A stretch of DNA of 64,000 nucleotides from Octopus sinensis (GCF_006345805.1 NC_043006.1:68758001-68822000), one strand, 5' to 3'; shown: positions 13,386 through 25,780, numbered from the stretch's first letter. A program made the numbers and translations. Notes: a model not told the origin generated them from the sequence alone.

Positions 13386-13822
13386 CGTTAATTTCCGTAA
13401 AAAATTTTTATTCATTTACTTTTGTTTTAAAGTGAAAAAGAAGAGAAAGTGAAAGATGTATGAACATGTATATGAAATGGACGTGTGTGTGTGTCGAGAG
13501 AGAGGGAGAGAGGGAGAGAGAGTGTGTCACTTACACATACACGAGAACACACACGTTCACTCTCTCTCTCTCTCTCTTTCATACACACACGCACACGTAC
13601 ATACAAAAAGATGTACACGTGTTGATGTATGTACGTATACATGACAACATATCCTTCACTCACTCTTTCTTTCTCTTTTTCTCTCTCTCTCTCTTCCTCT
13701 CTCTGTTTCACACATACACACACGTCCATTTCATATACACTTACATGCATCTTTCACTTTCTCCTCTCTTTTACTTTAAAACAAAAGTAAATAAATAAAA
13801 TATTTTTTTACGGAAATTAGCG
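13386..13822. mobile_element. MITE with ~110-bp imperfect terminal inverted repeats
   Basis: CGTTAATTTCCGTAAAAAA...TTTTGTTTTAAAGT...TATATGAAATGGACGTGTG is mirrored at 13715-13822; microsatellite interior. Confidence 0.75.
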
Positions 13823-14240
13823 ACTTGAAAATAATTTTAAAAAAACCTTAAAAAAATTGTCTGTTTAAAGAAAGCTAAAATATAAATACTTACTGTACAA
13901 ACAACTTACATTTTTGAAATCACATTCAATTAAAAATATTTCTAAATGATTAAAATATTGTGTACATCAAAAAGTCGACGTTCTTTTTTCTTAGAGAGCG
14001 CAAAGATTATGTGTGTGTGTATATGTCACAGATAGCGGACGTATGTTTGTGTTGTTTAATATGCCCTGACATTCATTATATGTGTGTGTATCCTGTATGT
14101 GTCTATGTGTGTTGACATCACGGAAGCCATGACTTTTTTCGTCAAGAAATAACAAACTAAAATTGTGTTTACTTGTTTTCATTAATAAATAGAGATCTAA
14201 ATGTCACAAAAATTTGTACTGTACTACTGAAAGTAAGTAT

Positions 14241-14441
14241 TCTTTTATTCTTTTACTTATTTCAGTCATTTGACTGCGGCCATACTGGAGCACCGCGTTT
14301 TAGTCGAGCAAATCGACACTACGACTTATCATATGTAAGCTTAGTACTTATTCTATCATTCTCTTTTGCCAAACCGCTAGGTTGCGAGGACATAAACACA
14401 CCAATATCGGTTGTCAAGCGATGTTGGGGGACAAACACAAA

Positions 14442-14482
<41 letters not shown>

Positions 14483-14650
14483 AATATATATACATATATA
14501 CGACGGGCTTCTTTCAGTTTCCGTCTACCAAATCCACTCACAAAGCTTTGGTCGGCCCGAGGCTATAGTAGAAGACGCTTGCCCAAGGTGCCACGCAGTG
14601 GGACTGAACCCGGAACCATGTGGTTGGTAAGCAAAGTACTTACGACACAG
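14241..14650 (-). mobile_element. SINE family A
   Basis: Same head, body and tail as 6283-6682. Confidence 0.8.
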
Positions 14651-15630
14651 TAACTCTTTGGCCTGTGAAAATAATTATGAAAATAAATATGCAAAAAAAT
14701 TAAGATAAAACTTACTATTTCTGAGATATCTCGGGTACAGAGAAACATTCTAGAATTTTTGTATTATCAAGATGTATAATGATAAGCAAATGGTTGGAAG
14801 AGAAATTTATGTACCTGACTTTTCATTTAGCTTTCTAAATAAGTGATATTCTTTGGTTTCTAAATTTAAGGCAATATTTAAAGTAATTTATTATGTGTAA
14901 GTTTAGTGTAGAAAGCACATTGCATTCTACAAGTATGGCTCTTATTTAAAGCTACATTGTAATATTCTCATTCTATTGCAAAGACCTATAAGCTTCAAAA
15001 CGAAAAAAACCGTTGTTACATTCCTGCAGGCTGGCTTTTAAATATTTACTTTTCCAATATTTTCTTCGTAACGACTGATCTTTGAGATAAAGTTCTTCCC
15101 CGCCACATTCTGACCATTCCCTGAAGCAGATTTTAATAAACTTTTTTCTGTTCACCGCTTGCTAAACTGCAGATTTGTATTTCACATTCAACAGGACATA
15201 ATTTTTAAAAAGTTATATTTTTGTAAAAATCATTACCCTTATTCGACTGCTTTCTTTTACTCTTTCTCTTTCAAGATTTCATTTCATTATTTATGGCTCG
15301 TCTTCCGCTTTTCCCTCCTCTTATCTTCTCTAGATGATATAATCCCTAACACCATCTATTTATTTCTCCCATTTTTATATTTTTGTACAACCGTTATTTG
15401 GTAAACCAATCAGAATAATTAACCTAACAAAGCTTGTTTAATCCCTTAAAAGCTTTAGTTCCATCTCTTTTAAACAATTTCTTATGTTCATTATCGTCTA
15501 AAAATCGGAAGCAAGAAACTCGCTGATAACTTTTTGTAGAGTTTTAGCTTCGATGATGCATATGTATACACAAACACACACACACAAACACACACACACA
15601 AACACACACACACACACACACACACGCACG

Positions 15631-15695
<65 letters not shown>

Positions 15696-16262
15696 AACAA
15701 CGACGTAACACACGCCCGAATTATAAGCACCAGTATGTGTTTTTGTGCGGGTGTGCTCATGTCCGTGTGCGTGAGTGCGTGCGTGTGTGTGCATGTATGT
15801 GTGCGTGTGTGTGTGTGCGTGCGTGCGTGCGCGCGCATTTGTGAGTGTATGTGTGTGAGTGCGCATGTGTCAAGGCTTTCAATGCGTGTGGCTTAGTATG
15901 TAACACTATTTATCACCATGTTGTCGTGTTTCCGGTTTGGAGATAATGGAGACCGTGATGGACGAGGAGTGTAAAGATGCTTGTGTCATGTTTTGCTCTT
16001 GTAGTTCTTTGTAGTTCTTTGCTCTTTGTATTGGTGATTATTGTCATATGACAGTGAATAATGATGTTGTGGAAATTATTGGCTCCTCTCTTCTACAATC
16101 CACACTCTTCTTGTCTCTGCCATATGTCCTTATCCAATATAACAGACACCCCTATCTTACATACAGAGACAGATAGATATTTTGCTGACCACCCAAATGG
16201 ATACATAATTAGGTGTGATATTTTATTTACATACTATGATACATTACAATTTTATATATATA

Positions 16263-16325
<63 letters not shown>

Positions 16326-16443
16326 ATGTATACATACATGCATATACATACATACATACATACATACATACATACATGCATATATATACACACACACATA
16401 TATATACAAATATATATTATATATTTATATATATGTATATAAA

Positions 16444-16608
16444 GAGGCGCAGGAGTGGCTATGTGGTAAGTAGCTTGCTTACCAACCACAAAATTCCGAG
16501 TTCAGTCCCACTGTGTGGCACCTTGGGCAAGTGTCTTCTACTATAGCCTCGAGTCGACCAAAACCTTGTGAGTGTATTTGGTAGACGGAAACTGAAAGAA
16601 GCCCGTCG
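16444..16608 (+). mobile_element. SINE family A, 5' half
   Basis: GAGGCGCAGGAGTGGCT...GAAACTGAAAGAAGCCCGTCG. Confidence 0.8.
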
Positions 16609-16627
16609 CATATATGTATATATATAT

Positions 16628-17395
16628 ATTGCAGTCAATTCATTCTCTCTTACCTGTTTGTGTCTGCCTTCCAATTGCTGTTTTTATTGAGATCTCCCTT
16701 TTTAGTAGAAGAAATAGCTATAACCCTTTGACTGCTATTTCTAAATTCGGTATGTGGTAAGGCAATTCGTTGCTAAACCCTTTATTGCTTAGTATTACTT
16801 AAATTTTCCTCGTATGAGGCTTTTACATGCCGAAGACTACTTGGTGTAATTGATAATTATTCCAAATTAATTAATTTCACCCTTCATTATTACGGATAAC
16901 CATATTTTATCTCAGTAGATGACCACAGCATCTTGTTTTGGCTACACGCGGGTGGGAAGGGGCTGGTGACACAATCGTTTCATTCACAAATTGAATTCGG
17001 TGATACTAGTTGAGGATTCTAGCTCGCTCTGATACTGAGTTGAGTTGGTGCCTTCTAGTATCTCAAAATTCAATATATAATCATTTATGATTATAGTATT
17101 CTACGCTGAAGAGAAAAGAAGTTTCGGTAAGATAGAATTATTTAATATTTAATATTTAATTCTTATGCTTTCCTAAAAACTTGATTTCGAAACGTACGTC
17201 CGTAGATAACTTAAAAATGTATGATAGATTGCAGTCAATTCATTCTCTCTTACCTGTTTGTGTCTGCCTTCCAATTGCTGTTTTTATTGAGATCTCCCTT
17301 TTTAGTAGAAGAAATAGCTATAACCCTTTGACTGCTATTTCTAAATTCGGTATGTGGTAAGGCAATTCGTTGCTAAACCCTTTATTGCTTAGTAT
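16628..17395 (+). mobile_element. Retrozyme-like element: 600-nt unit plus 168-nt terminal direct repeat, in (TA)n
   Basis: 16628-16795 repeated at 17228-17395; HHR just upstream of the second repeat; no ORF. Confidence 0.85.
17100..17206 (+). ncRNA. Type I hammerhead ribozyme
   Basis: TCTACG-CTGAAGA-GAAA..AAGTTT...AAACTT..TTTC-GAAA-CGTACG-TC-CGTAGA; canonical core, palindromic stem III, GUC (cut after 17200). Confidence 0.9.
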
Positions 17396-17417
17396 ATATA
17401 TATATATATATATATAT

Positions 17418-17483
17418 GAAAGAAGGTTTGAAAATGCAATTTTAAAAGATGTTTATTTTAAAATAAACCGGTTTCACTTTTTT
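17418..17483 (+). ncRNA. Decayed hammerhead remnant (U3-A8 core)
   Basis: TTGAAAA...ATTTTAAAA/TTTTAAAAT...AAACCGGTT; G12 is lost. Confidence 0.3.
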
Positions 17484-18097
17484 AGAAAAAGATTGTCAAA
17501 AGTAACATGTAAAAGCTTTGTTGTGTTAAGTACTGGTTGTCACAAAAGTATTAAAATACATTTATACATTCTGTGATAATAATAAGAAAATGTTAAAAAC
17601 AGTTTACAAGGAAAAATCTTAAGAAATTTTTAAAATATTAGGATTTCATTAAAAATAAGATTGTCAAAAGTAAAATGTGAAAGCTCTGTAAGAGATTTGT
17701 TGTGCTATCTACTGGTTGTCACAAAAAATTACAATAGGTATATACATTCTTTGATAGTAATAAGAAAATTTTTTTGTCTATGAGGAGTTATGTTGTGGCC
17801 AAAGTACAATCATTAGTTAACCTTAAGGTAAAAAGGAAATAAGTTACGGCATATTAAGCATTAATATGAATGAATACCAGTGGAATGTTCTTGCCCAAAA
17901 CTTCTCAAATGTGAGAACAACAGACCAAATATGAGACAGAGAAAAGTAAGTTTGAAGAGTTGTAGAAATAAGATGTCAAGCCGATGTAAACAAAATATTA
18001 AAGATAAAAGAAGACAGATTTGGGTCATTCTATGTCATGTTATGTCACGACCTGAGCCAATTCTGACCAAGGCTACCCTCTCTCTCCCCCTCTCTCT

Positions 18098-18171
<74 letters not shown>

Positions 18172-18295
18172 CACGTCTCCAACAACTTAATTCCTTTCAG
18201 TCAATGTACCAATGTACCATGTGCAACCGTTTATTCAAAATGCAAATTTGTTCCTGCTCTCCATCTGTTTTCTCTCCTCATTCCTTTCTTAGCTT

Positions 18296-18390
18296 AGTTT
18301 TTCCTTGGGGCTAGCCAGACTGGAGTAATCTCGAGTATAACCAGCCGAAATTGCAAAGATAATTTGGAAGTCGACTGAGGACAGAAAACT
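18296..18390 (+). ncRNA. Strand-permuted hammerhead-like motif, family 1 (copy A)
   Basis: GGCT(P2)...GTAAT-C-TCGA(P3-H-P1)...AGCC-GAA-ATTGC...TCGA-CTGAGGA. Confidence 0.65.
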
Positions 18391-18527
18391 CCGAATGACC
18401 TCCTCCTTGTTTTCTTTTTATTGTCTATCTGGATGTTTTGTTGTCCATTTTTTGTATCACCTAACTGGTTGGATGTTTTGCGTTCTTGTGATATTTTTGT
18501 ATTATATATATAATACAAAAATATCTT

Positions 18528-18613
18528 TCCTCAGTCGACTTCCAAATTATCTTTGCAATTTCGGCTGGTTATACTCGAGATTACTCCAGTCTGGCTAGCC
18601 CCAAGGAAAAACT
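18528..18613 (-). ncRNA. Strand-permuted hammerhead-like motif, family 1 (inverted copy A')
   Basis: Reverse complement of 18296-18381. Confidence 0.6.
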
Positions 18614-18894
18614 AAGCTAAGAAAGGAATGAAGAGTGAAAACAGATGGAAAGCAGGAACAAAACTTGCATTTTGAATAAACGGTTGCACATGGTACATTG
18701 GTACATTGACTGAAAGGAATTAAGTGGTTGGACCATATATATATTGGGGGTTTCGCACCATATATATATTGGTGCGAAATTGAGTATTACCAAAGGGTTG
18801 ATAACTGATGAAGAATTAGGTACCTTCTGTGTTTGTCTCCCGTCCGGTTGTACACTCAGTATACGTTATGGCGTTTGATCATTTATCATGCATT

Positions 18895-18930
<36 letters not shown>

Positions 18931-18933
<3 letters not shown>

Positions 18934-20492
18934 AAAATAGTAAAGTGTGAAAAAACGACAGAAGGCTTAAATGTTAAAAAATATATATATTTGTGTCAAA
19001 ATGTCTGGAGAATATTGGAAAAATTTTTTTTCCCTTTCCCTAAAATGACATAATTTAAAAATTTTAAAGAAATTACCGGTTTCGCGTGTAGCTTTTCAAA
19101 TTTCTTGTGACGTTATGTTTATATTGCAGGAATTATCGTGTGTTTTTATCCAGGAGATTTCTAAATAAGGGGAGGTAGTGAGTGATTTTTTCGGTGTAGG
19201 GGAGATAATCGCTTAAAAATTTTTTTTCCCTTTTCCTTGTTATTTCTCTGTGTCAGTATGTTCGGATGGTTGAGTCTGGGTTTGTACTTTTCAATGAAGA
19301 ATGTTTCCTTGTTCAGTCTCATTTGTGTGATGATCCGAAAGCACATTGGTAAAATGGGAAGATTAAAAATTGTGGCAGTTAGTTGCTTTGCGCATTTCAA
19401 TGTGCTCACTAAAAGTATCATTCTATATTTGGGAATGCAATCTGTTGTCGATGCAGTGTGCATCTGCGCCTGAGTGATAGTCCCGTGGAACCCACGTAGT
19501 CTTGGTGGCAGCCCGAGCATTTAATAACATAAATTATGTTTTCAGAGGCACAAGTAAAGTTAGATTTGATCTTAAATTTCTGTCCCTCTTTAAAGAAGAA
19601 TTCTGATCCTTCCAATAGGTTAGGACATTTGCACAGTTCGATCTACCACATTTTTTACTTTTGCATCCGTAATTTTTTAGAAGACAATTTTGCCTTTTTG
19701 AGAATCTTTTAAGTGATTTAGGCTGTTGTAGCTTTTAATGATTTGGTGTATGTTTAGAATTTCCTTTAATTTTGGTTTTTATGAAGTATTGGTAAACTGG
19801 GTGATGAGTGAAGGCTTCTTTGTTTCTGGGGTTGTATGTAGATATGTAAGGTAGTATTTTCGGGGAAGGTGTGTTGTTGTGTTGAACTTTTCTTAAAGTT
19901 CTATGTTGATTTCTGTTGCACGTCTGATCCCATCCTCTATGAGTTGAGCTGGGTAATGTGTCTGTCAATTAGGTGTTTTTTGAGTTCTTGCAGTCTAAAG
20001 TTCCTGGTATTTTGTTCTGACACTATGGTGCATATCCTTCTTGCAAGGTTGAAGGGGATGTTTTGTTTAGTGTGTCTTGGGTGGCATGAATTAAAAAGAA
20101 GGTATGTTTGGCGTCTGTGGCTTGTAAAAAATGTCTGTTTCTATTTTAAGGTTAATTTTTTTAATTAGTATATCCAAGAACGGGAGCTCCTTTTGGTTGT
20201 ATTCCATTGTGAACTGTATATTTGGGTTTATGCTGTTCAATAGGTTTTTAAATTTTAGGAGTTTATCTATGTTTTCATTCCAGGAAGAAACCAATCGTCT
20301 AGGAATCGTTTCCAATTCTCTTTTATGTATTGAGAGAGGGAGTTTCCAAAGATTGATAGAGATTCCTGGTAAATGATTATTTCCATGTATCCCATTGTTA
20401 AGTTCGCAATGACTGGTGCTGCCCTTGTACCCATAGCAATTCCGGATTTTTGACGGTAAAATGTATTGTCAAACATGAAGTGGTTATTGTGT
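18931..20492 (-). mobile_element. 5'-truncated inverted copy of the adjacent Penelope-like element
   Basis: Reverse complement of ~21917-23493 (GIAMG, RFLDD, GIY-YIG, 3' UTR); ends in (TA)n. Confidence 0.92.
19067..19106 (-). ncRNA. Minimal PLE hammerhead (U3-A8 core), inverted arm
   Basis: AAGAAAT-TTGAAAA-GC tacac GC-GAAA-CCGG-TA-ATTTCTT. Confidence 0.85.
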
Positions 20493-23177
20493 TACACCAA
20501 AAACAGAACAAACCAACAACATCCTAATACCAGACCCAACCACCATACAGCACAATACGACACTAGGATAAGAAATACACCACACACAAATCACTACTAC
20601 CCCATGAAACAAAACTACTGTTCCCCACTAAACACAAGACAAACGCAAAGAAACACTATGTCAAGCAACATCCCACATACAAGAAGTTCGAAACAAAAAT
20701 ATTCCCCATACAGAAATTTTACACACACCACAGGCATTAACAACCATAGATTCCCACACACACACAACGATCGGAGGCAACAATACCACCACTCCCCCGA
20801 CCAAATACCACACAACCTCACAGACAACTCATACAAACAAAATTACACCCAACATTTTTTAGCCAGGGACCAGGGACACCAGGACACAGGCTGGAACCTA
20901 GTAATAAGGAAAAACCGAAGATAATCAATCTTTCAACCAAACCTCTTTCTAACATAAAAATTGACATCCTCGCAAAAGGGCTCAAATTTACACCAACTCC
21001 ACGCAGAGCAACCTAAATGAACTCAAGGATAATATAACAGAATTTTGCAGAAAATTAAGACTAGCAGAAGCATCAAACAGTTTCAATACTGAAGATGAAT
21101 CACTAGTCAAGAACAAAAGTGAACACATCCCACACAGAGGAAGAAATAAAGATCTTGACGAATTCTGTAACCACATTGAGAACTTCCCCTACCATACTAT
21201 ACATAAACAGAAAGCTAACCCAAATTTTAACACTACACAATGGAAAGAACTGATAGAACTCCAAAATGATGAAGATATAACCATTAAGGAAGCGGACAAG
21301 GGAAATGCAGTTGTAATAAATACATCATACTACAGAAATCTTGTAATTTCCTTGCTTGATGAAGACCTACATTATGAAAAAATTACCAACTACACCCACA
21401 AAAAATAATATGAAAACTCTATCTTCACTAATTAAAACCCATGAAAAGGAACTGACAACCAAAGAGATTGATTTCTAACAAACTTTAAATGCAAACCTAG
21501 CTTTTCTATGGTCTGCCAAAAATTCATAAAAGTCAAATTATAAATGAAACCATTAAAAAATCACCAAAGACATACATACACACACCTAATCCGGGGGACC
21601 TAAAACTACGACCCATTGTAACTGGCCCAACCTGTGAAACACACAGACTAAATCTACTTATGGACATCCTCTTGAAACCCTTCCTTAAACATATCGATAG
21701 CCATATCAGAGATGACTTAGATATGTTAAACCACCTTCCAAAAAAAAAAACCAAGGAAGAAACAATCCTGGTTTCATTTGATGTAGTCAACTTGTATACC
21801 AGTATACCTCATAATTATGGACTGGAGGCAATACAATTCTGGTTAGACCAATTTCCGGAAGAAATACCAAAAAGGATCAAGTAAGGAAATCATTATAAAT
21901 CAATTGAATTCATCCTACACAATAACCACTTCTGTTTGACAATACATTTTACCGTCAAAAATCCGGAATTGCTATGGGTACAAGGGCAGCACCAGTCATT
22001 GCGAACTTAACAATGGGATACATGGAAATAATCATTTACCAGGAATCTCTATCAATCTTTGGAAACTCCCTCTCTCAATACATAAAAGAGAATTGGAAAC
22101 GATTCCTAGACGATTGTTTCATTCTCTGGAATGAAAACATAGATAAACTCCTAAAATTTAAAAACCTATTGAACAGCATAAACCCAAATATACAGTTCAC
22201 AATGGAATACAACCAAAAGGAGCTCCCGTTCTTGGATATACTAATTAAAAAAATTAACCTTAAAATAGAAACAGACATTTTTTACAAAGCCACAGACGCC
22301 AAACAATACCTTTTTAATTCATGCCACCCAAGACACACTAAAACAAACATCCCCTTCAACCTTGCAAGAAGGATATGCACAATAGTGTCAGAACAAAATA
22401 CCAGGAACTTTAGACTGCAAGAACTCAAAAACACCCTAATTGACAGACATTACCCAGCTCAACTCATAGAGGATGGGATCAGACGTGCAACAGAAATCAA
22501 CATAGAAACTTTAAGAAAAGTTCAACACAACAACACACCTTCCCCGAAAATACTACCTTACATATCTACATACAACCCCAGAAACAAAGAAGCCTTCACC
22601 ATCATCACCCAGAATTTACCAATACTTCATAAAAACCCAAAATAAAGGAAATTCTAAACATACACCAAATCATTAAAAGCTACAAACAGCCTAAATCACT
22701 TAAAAAGATTCTCAAAAAGGCAAAATTGTCTTCTAAAATTACGGATGCAAAAGTAAAAAAATGTGGTAGATCGAACTGTGCAACATGTCCTAACCTATTG
22801 GAAGGATCAGAATTCTTCTTTAAAGAGGGACAGAAATTAAGATCAAATCTAACTTTACTTGTGCCTCTGAAAACATAATTTATGTTATTAAATGCTCGGG
22901 CTGCCACCAAGACTACGTGGGTTCCACGGGACTATCACTCAGGCGCAGATGCACACTGCATCGACAACAGATTGCATTCCCAGAATATAGAATGATACCT
23001 TTTAGTGAGCACATTGAGAAATGCGCAAAGCAACTACTGCCACAATTTTTAATCTTCCCATTTTACCAATGTGCTTTCGGATCATCAACACAAATGAGAC
23101 TGAACAAGGAAACATTCTTCATTGAAAAGTACAAACCCAGACTCAACCATCCGAACATACTGACACAGAGAAATTAA
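20493..23177 (+). pseudogene. PLE reverse transcriptase-GIY-YIG polyprotein, broken by several 1-bp indels
   Basis: ORF-track pieces 21660-21884, 21974-22645 and 22917-23177 are consecutive parts of one protein; start codon not identified. Confidence 0.85.
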
Positions 23178-23313
23178 CAAGGAAAAGGGAAAAAAAATTT
23201 TTTTAAGCGATATCTCCCCTACACCGGAAAAAATCACTCACTACCTCCCCTTATTTAGAAATCTCCTGGAAATAAAAAAACGATAATTCCATGCAATATA
23301 AACATAACGTCAC

Positions 23314-23353
23314 AAGAAATTTGAAAAGCTACACGCGAAACCGGTAATTTCTT
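23314..23353 (+). ncRNA. Minimal PLE hammerhead (U3-A8 core) in the 3' UTR
   Basis: AAGAAAT-TTGAAAA-GC tacac GC-GAAA-CCGG-TA-ATTTCTT; 7-bp stem I, palindromic ACCGGT stem III; identical in both arms. Confidence 0.85.
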
Positions 23354-24307
23354 TAAAAATTTTTAAAATTATGTCATTTTAAGGAAAGGCAAAAAAAAAA
23401 ATTTTTCCAATATTCTCCAGACATTTTGACACAAATATATATATTTTTTAACATTTAAGCCTTCTGTCGTTTTTTCCCACTTTACTATTTTCTTATATAT
23501 TCACCCACGTGCTTTACAAACAAACTTCTTATCTATATATATATATATTATATATATATATATATATACACACACACATATAGCACATATTATATATAAT
23601 TATATTATATAATATGTAAGGATATTTAAGTATATTATATATTATATATATTAATGTGTGTATATGTGTGTGTGTGAGTGTGTATTTATATATATGTGTA
23701 TGTATGTATATAAATATGGACACGCATATATAATCACATGCATCATACATAAATATATAAAAATGCGTGTGCACTTCTTTGGACATGTATTTATTGGAAG
23801 CCGTCATGTCATGTCATGTATGTATGTATGTAAATGTATACGCATATACACATATATGCACTTTTATACGCTTCTATATGTATTTGTCTCTGTACACTCG
23901 CAAACATATACATACACTTGCGTTGGTACATATAGGCCAAAATCTACATGCACAAACGTTACGCACTAGACACATACTCTCTCACACTTAAACATTAATA
24001 CAGATATAGACACACACAAATCCATCAACTAAGAGTACTATTAGTTTTCTCCCTTGTGTAAAGTATCTCCGCCTCCCCTCCTACTACCACCTTTACCATC
24101 ACTGAGGCTCCCACTACCCAACCAGCACCTCCCCGCTGTCACCTTTGCCATAAAGTTGTCTTTACATTTTCTTGAAAATACATGCCTTTTAGACTAATAC
24201 AGCAACAGCTATACGTAGTCACACACACACATACACACGCACGCACACACACGCACGCACGCACACACACGCACGAACGCATGCACACACACATATATAG
24301 CTATATA

Positions 24308-24575
24308 CAGGCGTGGCTGTGTGATAGGAAACTTGCTTCTCAACCGTGTCGTCATGGATTCAGTTCTACATGCGCGGTACCCTGGGCAAATGTCTTCTGT
24401 TATAGCCTCGGACCGACTAAAGCCTTGAGAGGTGATTCTCAGCCATTATTGCTTGGCAACCGGTGTTGGTTTGCTTATGTTCACGTAACTTAGCTGTTCG
24501 GCAAGAATAAGTACCAGGCGTTGTTCGACTAAATCTGTCAAGGCTGTGCCCCAGCATAGCTGCTGTCAAATGATT
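24308..24575 (+). mobile_element. Diverged SINE family A copy
   Basis: CAGGCGTGGCTGTGTG...CTGGGCAAATGTCTTCT...TAACTTAGC.GTTCGGCAA. Confidence 0.65.
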
Positions 24576-24934
24576 GCGACATCACTGGTGCCAAGCTGTA
24601 TCGGCCTTTGCCTTTCCCTTGGATAACATCCGAGGTGTAGTGAGGGGAGGCTGGTATGGGAGGCTGGCATGGGCGACTGTCGGTCTTCAATGAAACAACC
24701 TCACCCAGACTTGTGCCTCGGACGAGAACTTCCTAGACCGAGAACTTCAAGACCGAAAAGGTCTTTGTCCTTCTATATATATGTGTGCGTGTATGTGTGT
24801 GTGGTGTGTGTGGTGTGTGTGTGTGTGTGTGCGTGTGTGTGTGTGTGTGTAAATGTATAGAAAATGCACAAATGAAAAACAGATACGGAATGGCAAGGTA
24901 TATAGCAAATGCAGAAACGAACGGAAAATAGACA

Positions 24935-25620
24935 CAGAATTTCCCCAGTTCCTCATCAGTTATCGGCCAGTAGGTCTGACGCAATTTCGTGCTATTAACG
25001 ATAGCATTGAGTTTCAGCTGGTGCAAGCACCAGAGAATGCATTCAAAATGTGTTGCATATCAATCTCTGTGTGCGCTACTAGATCACAATCCTCTGCATA
25101 CAAAAGGTCTCTTATGATAGAGGTAAACACCTTTGTTCTTGCAGCAAAGCGCCTGATATTAAATATATTGCCAGAGGTTCGATAATGGATATAAACACCA
25201 TATGTGCAGTTTCTGAATGCAATACAAAAAAACCATCGCAAAATATATGGCAAATAGGGTCGGTGCCAGAATATCCCCCTGTTTCACTACATTTTGTATT
25301 GAGATAGGCTCTTACAGTTTCCCTCTAATATTAACACTACCCTTCATGTCTTCATGAAAAGACCTAACCAAAGCAAGGAACTTTGTAGGGCACCCAAGTT
25401 TCTGGAGGACTTTCCACAGTGCATTTCTATTAAAGGTATCAAAGGCTTTTGTCAGATCGACAAAAACCTGATATAAATCCAGACCCTGTTCCATACACTT
25501 CTCCTGAAGCTGTCTAGCTGAAAAGATCATATCAGCAATGCCACGTCCCACACGAAAGCCAGATTGATTTTCTGGAGGTACACAATCTGCAACGTGTTTC
25601 AGCAGACGATCCATCCTTAA
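24935..25620 (-). pseudogene. RTE-clade LINE reverse transcriptase fragment
   Basis: PENQSGFRVGRG..DMIFSARQLQEKC.EQ..LYQVFVDLTKAFD; downstream GGYSGTDP (QG..LAP region) and LLYAEDC (YADD). Confidence 0.9.
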
Positions 25621-25729
25621 GCTGGATAAAACTGATATAAGTTTTAAAAAAAAGGTTTATAAAAAAACATTGATATACAAAATATACATAAGATATATGA
25701 TGTGAAGTATATAAAAAATATATGTAAAA

Positions 25730-25780
<51 letters not shown>

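Larger units (their letters stand above)
18178..18732. mobile_element. Tail-to-tail inverted pair of a non-coding ribozyme-bearing element
   Basis: Arms 18178-18381 and 18528-18732 are reverse complements; central palindrome GATATTTTTGTATTA-TATATA-TAATACAAAAATATC; (TA)n flanks. Confidence 0.85.
20493..23497 (+). mobile_element. Penelope-like retroelement (RT + C-terminal GIY-YIG endonuclease)
   Basis: Motifs in order: IINLS..KGLKFTPTP, IKEADKGNAVV, FYGLPKIHK, LRPIV, VSFDVVNLYTSIP, GIAMG, RFLDD, LPFLDI, CGRSNCATC linker, NIIYVIKCSGCHQDYVGST; 3' UTR HHR. Confidence 0.95.

Noticed and set aside
24585-24770. HDV-like ribozyme in an RTE-like 5' region (also 52600-52900)
   Set aside because: Could not build the nested double pseudoknot by eye; needs a descriptor search.
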